A DNA stretch of 22,081 bases from Paraspadella gotoi (Eukaryota; Animalia; Chaetognatha), in NCBI GenBank assembly GCA_051294375.1, contig JBJCIZ010000881.1, positions 1-22,081 on the forward strand, given 5' to 3'. Position numbers and translations under genes: made by a program. Shown here one piece after another: positions 1 through 8,867 of the stretch (positions within the stretch are counted from its first letter, which is position 1; each line of letters starts with the position of its first letter). A model generated the notes under the pieces. That model was not told where the DNA came from. It ran no database searches and saw nothing but the letters and a program-made list of their open reading frames with translations.

Positions 1-40
1 TTAAAACATTTATTAGTAATCATTAATATTAAAGATTCAA
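1..40 (+). other. Empty (pre-insertion) target site of the LTR-like element; single ATTAA at 22-26
   Basis: 1-21 (TTAAAACATTTATTAGTAATC) is identical to 14526-14546, the left flank of the terminal repeat. 27 onward (TATTAAAGATTCAAG...) matches the right flank read on the - strand from 3706 and 21922. One ATTAA here, versus one at each filled junction. Confidence 0.85.
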
Positions 41-605
41 GTATATGTGACTTATGTTTTTTCCATCTAAACTCATTTCCACTGGCACAATTCGTCAAAA
101 CTTTATATAATTATTATATATTAATAAATATTTAAAAGCTTCAGTGCAACAACCCAATGAACTAAATCAAAAAGTTACATTGAAAATCGATTTAGTAGTA
201 AAAGGAAAAAAAATTTTTAAAGAGAACTAGGAGTTAGAAAAAGTGTTCAATTTTGGCCCGCCTTACTAGATATTAGGCCGGAACAGGTTGAAGTTCTCTC
301 AAATGGTTAATGGTTAATGGTTAAGCGACTATTAAATAATATGAAAATGAAAATAATTTTTAAAATTTTGCTTATCAAATTTTTTTTATAGATTTGATAG
401 AGCTTTAAAAGTTAGATAAAGGTTATTAATACAACTTTTTTTTTTTTTTATTTATGAAAAATTAAAAAAATAAAATTCCGCCAATAATGATGATGATGAT
501 AATTTTTTAAGGTTTTTTCTATTTTTAACCAATTTATTGTCAAAATTTGAAAAAAATTATAGTACTAACTTTCATTTAACTTCTTAAAGCTCTACAAGAA
601 CCCTG
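22..605 (+). repeat. Left arm of a ~590-bp inverted duplication (partner 3110-3711)
   Basis: Colinear match to the reverse complement of 3110-3711 (e.g. AAGCTTCAGTGCAACAACCC, GGCCGGAACAGGTTGAA, TAGAGCTTTAAAAG), differing mostly by small indels. Similarity ends near CAAGAACCC. Confidence 0.9.
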
Positions 606-834
606 TTAAATATTTCCGTGTTTCAAGTTTCCAAAAAATCGTTGCTCTTTTTGCCTAAAACGTTTACTATATATCTAAGTGAAGAAACTTACCTTTGTGA
701 GAGAAAGTAAGAATTATATTAGTAGTTCTCAAGCTTTACGAGCGTGAAGCAGGTTTGTTTTAATGTTTCTTTACTTGATTTAATTTTATATTAAGGTTTT
801 TATTAATTCGTTTATATTATCTTTTTATAGTCCA

Positions 835-908
835 GCGTTCAATGCCGTTCCATGCGTTTCTATGTCGTTCAATGCCGTTCAATGCCTTTCAATGCCGTTC
901 AATGCGTT
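835..908 (+). repeat. 10-bp tandem repeat (CGTTCAATGC), about 7 copies
   Basis: Directly visible: cgttcaatgc cgttccatgc gtttctatgt cgttcaatgc cgttcaatgc ctttcaatgc cgttcaatgc. Confidence 0.85.
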
Positions 909-974
909 TGTATCTCAATTGCTTCTACATTTGGTTGATTAACAATGTAAATTACTTCGGACATTATTTCGGAC

Positions 975-1102
975 TCTCTCTCTTTCTTTCTCTCTCTCTC
1001 TCTCTCTCTCTTCTTTGCAATTGCAACGATCCTTATGCTCATTTTTCTGCTTCTCTCTCTCTTTGCAATTGCGACGATCCTATGCTCATTTTTCTGCTCT
1101 CT

Positions 1103-1135
<33 letters not shown>

Positions 1136-1137
1136 CT
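975..1137 (+). repeat. (CT)n microsatellites with a ~50-bp direct duplication (CTTTGCAATTGCRACGATCC(T)TATGCTCATTTTTCTGCT)
   Basis: CT tracts at ~975-1012, ~1052-1062 and ~1104-1137. Duplicated unit at ~1013-1051 and ~1061-1098. Confidence 0.85.
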
Positions 1138-1811
1138 CATAAATAATAAAGATTCAAGTAAATGTAACTTATGTTTTTTCCATTTAAACTCATTTCCACT
1201 GGCACAATTCCGTCAAAACTTTATATCTAGCTTCTTCACACACTTTCCTACCCGCTCACAAAATTTCATCTCAATCTATTATGGGTTAAAATAAGTAAAA
1301 AAGATTCAAGTAAATGTGACTCATATTTTTTTCATTTAAACTCATTTCCACTCGTACGTTTCCACCGAAACTTTATATCAAGCATCCTCTAAACTCACAC
1401 GATTCCGTCGAAACTTTATATCCAGCTTTATCACACACTTTCCTACCCACACACAAAATTTCTTTCCAATCCAACCAGCCAATCACGAGTTATTGGAGCT
1501 TTTTGCTAAGGTGGGACGGATAGACGGATTGATTGACTGATTAATTAATTATTGATTAATTAATTAACTAATTGATTAATTAACTGATTAATTATTTGAT
1601 TTATTAATACATCCTGGTATATACATTTAATATAAAGGAAAAAGAATCATAATCAATTTGTGAAACAGGTTTTTTTGTTTTTTTCCATTTTAAACTCATT
1701 TCCACTCAAAGATTCCATCGAAACTTGGTTTCCTGTTCAATCACACACTTTTCTACTCAACATACAAAATTCCAGGTCAATCGATAATTAAGTGGTAATA
1801 AGCTAACTTGT

Positions 1812-2180
1812 TTCAACTTGCATAATTTAATCAACTTGCATAATTTGGTCAACATGACATAATTTGGTTAACTGACATAATTTGTTCAACTGACATAATT
1901 TGGTCAACTGACATAATTTGGTCAACTGACATAATTTGGTCAACTGACATAATTTTATCAACTTGCCTAATTTGGTCAACTAGCATAATTTGGTCAACTG
2001 GCATAATTTGGTCAACTGGCATGATTTGGTCAACAGGCATAATTTGATCAACAGCATAATTTGGTCAACTTGCAGAACTTGATCAACTTGCAGAATTTGG
2101 TTCAACTGCATAATTTGGTTGAACTTTAAGAATTTGGTCAACTGGCAATATTTTTTGTCAATTGTCATAATCTTGGTCAA
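1812..2180 (+). repeat. 18-bp minisatellite (GGTCAACTGACATAATTT), about 20 copies
   Basis: Directly visible periodicity; it produces the spurious MPVDQI-repeat ORF. Confidence 0.95.
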
Positions 2181-2780
2181 TCAATCAAATCTAAATCAAT
2201 CACATCATCAATCAATCAATTAATCAATTCAATCAGAGAGAGATAGAGAGAGAGAAACTTAAAAAAAATCAAAATAAATGTGTCATTTTTGGTTTTCTAA
2301 TTTGAATCTTTTCCACTCCTACGATTCCATCAAAAAATTTATATCCAGGCCTTTATCACATACTTTCCTACCTCACACACAAAATTCCATTTCGATTTAT
2401 CTATCCAATTTTTTAATAAACATAATAATTATGAGTAAATTTAAGTAAAAATACTTTAAGTAAATTGACTTTTGTTTTTTCCATTTTAACTCATTTTCCA
2501 CTCATTACATCGAAACTTTATATCCAGCTCAATCTCACACTATCCCTACCAATCATACAAAATTTCAAGTCAATTTGCCCTATCCACTCATGAGCAAGTT
2601 GGCGTTCAAATAGTGAAATTATATTTTTTTTGTTTTTTACATTTAAAGCCAATTTCACTCGGGCACGATTCCCTCAAAACTTCATATCATCTCAATCCAC
2701 ACTGTTTCCTACCAACACCACAAAATTTATACCAATCCATACCATCCAATCACGAGTAATTGGAGTTTGTTTGCTAAGGT

Positions 2781-2828
2781 GGACGGACGGACGGACGGAC
2801 GGACGGACGGACGGACGGACGGACGGAC
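2781..2828 (+). repeat. (GGAC)12 microsatellite
   Basis: Perfect tetranucleotide tract. Confidence 0.98.
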
Positions 2829-2943
2829 ATCGGTTTTTTTTTGACATAATTTTATAATAAATTCGATGTTCTGACATGATATAAAGTAGTGTGCCCAGAC
2901 AATATTGGAGGGCGGACCGACGGACGAAAAAGTGGAGTTATAG

Positions 2944-2973
2944 AGTCGGAATCTGCTGATAAGCAGATCCACT
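2944..2973. other. Terminal stem-loop of the DINE-1-like element
   Basis: ATCTGCT-GATA-AGCAGAT (2951-2968), extended imperfectly by AGT..GG / CC..ACT. Preceded by TTATAG and followed by AAAAA. Confidence 0.7.
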
Positions 2974-3109
2974 AAAAATATGAGTCACATTTACTTGAAA
3001 TCTTTTTGAATTAGTTCAATTGGGTTGTTGCACTGAAGCTAATTAAAATATTTTTTTAAATATATAAAAAATGACAAAAAAAAATTTTAAAAATGTGATT
3101 TTTTTAAGA

Positions 3110-3711
3110 ACGGGTTCTTGTGTAAGAGCTTAAAAGTTAAATGAATGTTTAATACTCTAATTTTTTTTCAAATTTTGAGCATAATTGGTTAAAAAATAGA
3201 AAAAACTTAAAAAATTATCATCAATCATCATTATTGGCTGAATTTTTTTTTTTTAAAATTTTTCATAAATAAAACAAAAAAACTTTAAAAAGTGGTATTA
3301 AGCCTTTATCTAAACTTTTAAAGCTCTATTCAGAATCTATAAAAAAATTGATAAGCAAATTTTAAAAAATATTTTCATATTTCATATTATTTAAATAGTC
3401 CTAATCATTATTTATTTGAGAGAACTTTTAGTTTTCAACCTGTTCCGGCCTAATATTTAGTAGCGGGCCAAAATTGAACACTTTTTATAACTTCTTAGTA
3501 TCTCTTAAAAATTGTTTTACCCCATTTTACTACTAAATCGATTTTCAATGTAAACTTTTTGAGATTAGTTCATTATGGGTTGTTGCACCTGAAGCTTTTA
3601 AATATTTTATTAATATATAATAATATATAAAGTTTTGACGGAATTGTGCCAGTGGAAATGAGTTAGATGGAAAAAACATAAGTCACATTTACTTGAATCT
3701 TTAATATTAAT
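3110..3711 (-). repeat. Right arm of the inverted duplication; also the right flank of the LTR-like element
   Basis: Reverse complement of 22-605; abuts the terminal repeat through TTAAT (3707-3711). Confidence 0.9.
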
Positions 3712-3917
3712 CCTTGAATAAGTAATCCTCGTGAAATAATAGAACGGGAAATAGAAGGTAAAGCGTTTAATTGAGAGAGAGGCGTCAGTAATCAGTAATG
3801 TAAGAAGTACGGAGAAAGGTGTAAAAGTAAAATCGTGAAAAATCAACGAGCCCCGTGAGGAAGAGGACGAGGAATGGGGGAAGAAGATGGCAGGAGGCGA
3901 AGCCCTCCTCCTCATCG
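3712..3917 (-). mobile_element. 3' (right) terminal direct repeat of the LTR-like element
   Basis: Reverse complement matches 9598-9804, 14552-14762 and 19875-20084 end to end. On the - strand it is followed by ATTAA plus the empty-site right flank, and preceded by different sequence (...AAGTATGGCGGCG). Confidence 0.8.
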
Positions 3918-4753
3918 CGCCGCCATACTTTTGACCGAGATGGCATCTCATGCCCCGAATGGCTTGAGATGGCATCGTGCCAGTGTAGTGGAAGGGTGAG
4001 ACTCTCAGTGTGTGGTGAGTGTGATCAATGAATAAAAACAAAAATGGGGTGGGGGAGGAATGCAATCAATCAAAGAAGCAAATCAATAAACCAATCAATG
4101 ATCCAATCAATACAATAATCATAAAATATTTGACAGTACAAAGCTAAAAAAAAAAACGAAATTTGACGGGCAAAAGAGAACATTTTAAGACATTTCAAGA
4201 ACATTTTAAAAAGGTGACAGAATGCATTTAAAAAAAATATTACAATATTATACAGCAATGGTGGTGCTGGTGAGTGCCGAAGTTTCCCTTACCCCTCATA
4301 AACCCATGAGCTAGGAGAAACTCACGTCTTGTCCGCCATGCATTAGAATATTGGGAATTTTTTTATTTTGCGGATTTTTTTGGAGGTGTTGTGTACGCTC
4401 ATTTTCCATCTAATCTAGATGTTGTTTAATTAGCGTTTATCGTTGTTACGTCTCATCTTTGTAACCGGAAAGTGGGCGTGGCAGTTTGTAAGGAAGGGGT
4501 GTGGGACGAAGAACTGCGTCACACGTCATGTTGAAGCCGCAGAAAAGGATTGATGTGAGGCAAACAGGGCCAAGCCTGATTTCAACGACGTCCAACTGGA
4601 AGCAGTCAAGGAGATGAGAGTTTTATGGTGAAGTGGGCGTTGATGATTGCTTCCCACGGGCCGGGATCTTTGGGGGGCATGGTAACCTGCTCTTTGAAGT
4701 TCGACGGCCGCGTAAGGGGGGGTGGTGTCCAGCTGCAAAGCATTCCGACAGAC

Positions 4754-5160
4754 TTCCACTCTTGCTCGCGCGACAGATTCCATTCCTGTTCCACTTATTC
4801 CATCAAAATTCCAACATGTCTTCTCCATCAGAATTCCACTTATTCCATCAATTCCACTTTTTCTTCTCGAATCCGATTCCACTTTATTTCATAAAATTCC
4901 ACTTTACTCTTCTCATCCCGATTCCACTTAATTCCATCAAGATTCCACTTTTCTTCTCTATCCAATTCCACTTATTTATCAAATTCCACTTTTCTTCTCT
5001 ATTGATTCCACTTAATTCCATCAATTCCACTTTTACTTCTCCAATGCCGATTCCACTTAAACTCCATCATTTCACACTTTTCTTCTAATATCCCGATTCA
5101 CTTTTTTATAAAAGTCCACTTTAACTCTTCATCTATTCTATAGATTCCACTTTTTTCTTC
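4754..5160 (+). repeat. Degenerate ATTCCACTT / ATTCCATC tandem array (~21-bp subunits, ~42-bp period)
   Basis: Alternating ATTCCACTTTTCTTCTC... and ATTCCACTTA(A)TTCCATCAA units. Confidence 0.85.
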
Positions 5161-5649
5161 TCTATCCATAGAGATGCCATTGTGTTCCAAAAAATTCACT
5201 CTTCTGCCACGTCAGATTTCGTTTTAATTCCAATTGCTGCCAATCTTCAAAATGGCTTCGCCAAAGAGAGAGTGAGAGAAGGAGAAATTGACTCAGAGAT
5301 TTATTTTATTAGAAATAGTAGTTAACATTTTGCATACAAGCAACGGCAGGTGAACAGTGCATTGTTCATTCACATCACCCTGAAATCAAATTAATTATGG
5401 AAGGCAAAACAAATAGGTTGCCATGACGTAGGAAGAAACGATGTAACGATAAAACATATACAGCCCATTTTCGGGAAAAGTAGATCAATAAGTTCACGGT
5501 CTTGCAATTGCAAGGTCGGCGATGCTGGCGCTGCTGAACGCTTTTCATTTGCCTATCAGGTTTCACTAAGTGGAAGTCCTCCATCATCCATATTCCTGCG
5601 AAACGGTGTCTCTCAAGTGGAAATTAAAGTTCTCTCTACTGGAAACATC

Positions 5650-6470
5650 AATGGAATCAACGTCATTTCATAGATGGAACAGCAAATCGGTGACAGAACC
5701 GAATTTTCTTTTCGGTGGAAATGGGGATGGAACCAACTCTCCCCTTGATGGAACCAAATCTTTGTCCGGCAGAATTGCATATCGGCAATGGAACCAAGTC
5801 CTTCCACGATGGAACCGATTTTTTGTCGATGGAACAGGTTTCCCTTGTTGAAACCGATTTTTTTTCGGTGGAAATGGCGATGGAACCAAGTCTTTCATGG
5901 ATGGAATCGAATCTCTCCATGATGGAACCGAGGTTTTTCTTCGTCGGTGGGACCGGGTCCCTAGATTCCTTGATGGAACCAAAGTCATCTCCGGTGGAAT
6001 CGCATCTTTCGGCGATAGAAAAGGTTTTCTCTTTGATGGAACCGAGTCTTTCCCTTGGTCGAATCCCGCCTTGGTGATGAAACCAAGTATTTCGTTGATG
6101 GAACTCGGTGGAATCACTTCCCGTCGACGGATCCGAGTATTTCTCTGATGGAACCAAATCTTCGTTCGGTAGTTCCATATCGACGATGGAACCAAGTATT
6201 TCCCTCATAGGGCCGAATCTCTCCTTGATGGAATCGCGTCTCAGCGATGGAACCAAGATAGATGGAACCGATCTCTCCATGTTGGAATCGTGCGTCGGTG
6301 ATGGAACCGAACCTTTGTTTGGTAGAACTACATATCGGCGATGGAACCAAACATTTCCTTCGTAGGACCGAATCTCTCCTCGATGGAATCGCATCTCAGC
6401 GATGGAAAAACGTCTTTCAAGGATGGAATCGGATCTCTCTCCGATGGAATCGCGTCTCGGTGATGGAGAA
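5650..6470 (+). repeat. Diverged ~21-bp minisatellite with conserved GATGGAA(C/T)C core
   Basis: Core recurs at about 5727, 5748, 5788, 5808, 5829, 5879, 5900, 5921, 5972, 5993, 6035 and onward, mostly spaced ~21 bp or a multiple. Confidence 0.85.
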
Positions 6471-7032
6471 GCGTCCAGAATGCTTTGCCTGACTTCTACT
6501 ACAGGTCAAATTAATGACGCAACGGGGCACGGTACCAATTTCCAATTTTCAACCAAACTTTAAAACAACGCTCGACGGCGTAAGGAGAAGAGAAAAGGGG
6601 AAAAATATTTTCCTCTACTTTAAACCCGCGTTGTAGCGCCGCGTAAGAGGGAGCGGCATCTCGCGTGAGACGTCGGACTCGTCGTTCCCAAACTTTCTTT
6701 CTTTCTTTTGTTTCCAACTTTCTTTTCTTCTTTCTTTCTTTCTTACACCGCGCCCGCCAAAATCATTAAAGTCGAACTTCAAATCCCGAAAGTCGCAAAA
6801 AAAATTTCGAATTTCTTTATTGGATATTTGACCCAAAAATTCTTTGTAGTTATTTCGACTGTCTCGAGTCCTTATCGGGTTTGAAAACCCTTTCTCGTCT
6901 GTCGAAGTGACAGCTATCGGTCCAATTTATTACTTGATTCCCAAATTTTGAAACGACTTTCAAAATTTCTCTTTCCCTTCTTTTTTTATTTCCTTTATTT
7001 CGGCGTCGGTTATCTTTTTCCTATTCTTTTTC

Positions 7033-7057
7033 NNNNNNNNNNNNNNNNNNNNNNNNN
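7033..7057. other. Assembly gap (25 N)
   Basis: Run of 25 N. Confidence 1.
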
Positions 7058-7150
7058 AAAATATATATATAATTTAAAGATATAAAAGAAAGGCAAAAAT
7101 ATGTTACAATTGTTTACAATTGGAAATTTTTCCAATTTTTCCAATCGCAG

Positions 7151-7496
7151 CTTGTAAAAGATTTTATTTTTATTTGTATAAATTTAAGATATAGCTTCTC
7201 ATTAAAAAAGTTATTTTGAGTTCCATTTTTATTATAGATTTTAAAAAAAAATTTTGAATTCATGTTCAATATTATATACTGCAAATGTAAATTAGATTAA
7301 AGCATTTCTATATACTAATTTGGATATTATAATGAGTACTTTAATCTCATTTGCATATTGCAGTAAATCATAATGAAGTGGAAATTCAAACAAAAAATAC
7401 TTAAATCCAAATGTAATATGAAAATATCAAAGCTATTCAGAGTGAGAAGCCATATCTAAATTTTTTAACTTACTATGATCGCACACTTTTATAAAA
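7151..7496. repeat. Degenerate ~350-bp inverted repeat centred near 7320 (also in copies B and C)
   Basis: AAATTTAAGATATAGCTTCTCA (7180-7201) pairs with TGAGAAGCCATATCTAAATTT (7443-7463). TACTGCAAATGTAAATTAGATTAAAG pairs with CTTTAATCTCATTTGCATATTGCAGTA. Confidence 0.7.
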
Positions 7497-7582
7497 CTTC
7501 ATTGTAATTCATAATAATTTATTAAAAAAAAACGGTAAGTCCCAGCAAACTAAAAAGCGCAGTAGTTTTTATACAAAAAAGC

Positions 7583-7687
7583 GTGACGCCGACGACGCCG
7601 ACGACGACGACGACGACTACGTCACAAAGAAGCAATACTAAAACATTATAGAGCTGACCCGCTTCGCCGGTCATGGCTCGATAAAAA
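7583..7687 (+). mobile_element. End of a second DINE-1/Helentron-like element: (GAC)n tract plus terminal hairpin (also in copies B and C)
   Basis: (GAC)n at 7585-7618, then TTATA-GAGCTGACC-CGCTTCGCC-GGTCATGGCTC-GATAAAAA. Same layout as 2938-2978. Confidence 0.5.
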
Positions 7688-7782
7688 TAGATGTAAAAAC
7701 ACGAGATTCCGATCCTGTTGCATCTGAAGGGCTGGCATTTTTTTTCTCTTGTCAAATAACCTTCATTTTGACATCAAACTAT

Positions 7783-7898
7783 TATTGGTGATTAACATCG
7801 TTTTATGAGAAAATATTTGAGCAATATATTTCGGTTAATAATATTGCTCAAATAAAATAATATGCGTTTTCCTCATAAAACGATGTAAATCACCAATA
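7783..7898. mobile_element. 116-bp MITE-like element with nested inverted repeats (copies at 12764-12879 and 18087-18202)
   Basis: Outer IR 7783-7809 / 7872-7898 (26 of 27 match). Inner perfect 14-bp IR 7814-7827 / 7841-7854. CTAT on both sides (7779-7782, 7899-7902). Confidence 0.65.
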
Positions 7899-7902
7899 CT
7901 AT

Positions 7903-8760
7903 GTACAGAACATCGAATTATGATTAATTATGCAAAAAAAAACGATGTCCGTCCGTCCGTCCGTCCTTCCGTCCGTCCGTCCGTCGTCCGACCATCCGTC
8001 CGTCCGTTCGTCCGTCCGTCCGTCCGTCCGTCCGTCCGTCCGTTTGTCTGTCCGTCCATTCCGTCCGTCACACCTTAGCAAAAAACGCCAATTACTCGTG
8101 ATTGGATGGATGGATTAGAATGAAATTTTGTGTGTGTGTAGGGAAGTGTGTGAATGAGCTGTATATGAAGTTTCGATGGAATCGTCCGAGTGGAAATGAG
8201 TTTAAATGGAAAAATAAAAAATAAATTTCACTATTTGAACACCAAATTGACTTAGAAATTTTGTATTTGGGTAGAAAAGTGTGTGATTGAGCTGGAAATA
8301 AAGTTTTGATGAATCGTTTGAGTGGAAATGAGTTTAATGGAAAAAAACAAAAAAACCTGTTTCACTAATTGATTATGCTTCTTTTTCCTTTTATATTAAA
8401 TGTAAATGAAGGAAGTATTAATAATCAAATAATGAATCAGTTAATTAATCAATTAGGCAATTAATAAATCAAAAATTAATTAGTCAATCAATCCGTCCAT
8501 CTTAGCAAAAACCTCCAATAACTCGTGATTGGCTGGTTGGATTGGAATTAAATTTTGTGTGTGGATAGGACAGTGTGAGATGAAGCTGGATATAAAGTTT
8601 CGATGGAATCGTGCGAGTGGAAATGAGTTTTAATGGAAAAAACATAAGTTGCATTTACTAAAATATTTTTACTTATTTTTAACCAATACATACTCTATTT
8701 AATCATAATTGGATGGATATTTTGAGTTGAAATTTTTGTGAGTGGGTAGGAAAGTGAGTA
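7903..8760 (-). mobile_element. Inverted, internally shorter copy of the 1148-2880 DINE-1-like element (also ~12884-13741 and ~18207-19064)
   Basis: Reverse complement matches ~2570-2878 (including the GTCC tract) and ~1400-1780, and lacks the 18-bp minisatellite segment. Confidence 0.7.
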
Positions 8761-8867
8761 GGAACGAGAGAGACCGAACAATGCGTTTCGTTGGCGGGAA
8801 AACTGTCCAGCCTTCTCTCTCTCTCTCTCTCTTTCACTCATAACACGCATTTGTTTGTTTTAATTAA

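Larger units (their letters stand above)
1148..2978 (+). mobile_element. DINE-1/Helentron-like non-autonomous element with internally amplified modules
   Basis: About 7 degenerate copies of a 110-150-bp module (TTTTCCATTTAAACTCATTTCCACT...GATTCCATCGAAACTTTATATCCAGC...CACACTTTCCTACC...CAAAATTT), then (GGAC)12 and a terminal TTATAGAG-hairpin-TAAAAA. A GTCC-type microsatellite, terminal stem-loop and T-run insertion site are DINE-1/HINE hallmarks. Family assignment is by architecture only and boundaries are approximate. Confidence 0.55.
3918..7032 (-). mobile_element. Inferred 3' internal region of the LTR-like element (runs into a gap)
   Basis: Lies inside the right terminal repeat, is richer in GC and CpG than the flanking host repeats, and lacks the host module. 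No RT, RNase H or integrase motif recognised. Confidence 0.5.

Noticed and set aside
304-324. (TGGTTAA)3 as telomeric repeat
   Set aside because: Only three units, internal, and absent from the inverted copy near 3400-3420.
733-765. GCTTTACG-AG-CGTGAAGC hairpin plus T-rich tail as an intrinsic terminator
   Set aside because: No prokaryotic gene context; more likely a repeat-end hairpin, and a single instance cannot be classified.
1849-2180. MPVDQI-repeat peptides
   Set aside because: Translation of the 18-bp minisatellite, with no other coding evidence.
2630-2972. RTDG / SVRP repeat ORFs (also near 7900, 12880 and 18200)
   Set aside because: Translation of the (GGAC)n microsatellite.
5663-6394. 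243-aa ORF and overlapping ORFs
   Set aside because: Open in several frames because of the GATGGAACC repeat; the GSI, VPS and FH motifs swap frames along the ORF.
5650-6470. CRISPR-like repeat-spacer array
   Set aside because: The constant part is only ~8-9 bp, intervening sequences are short and related to each other, there are no cas genes, and the context is eukaryotic.
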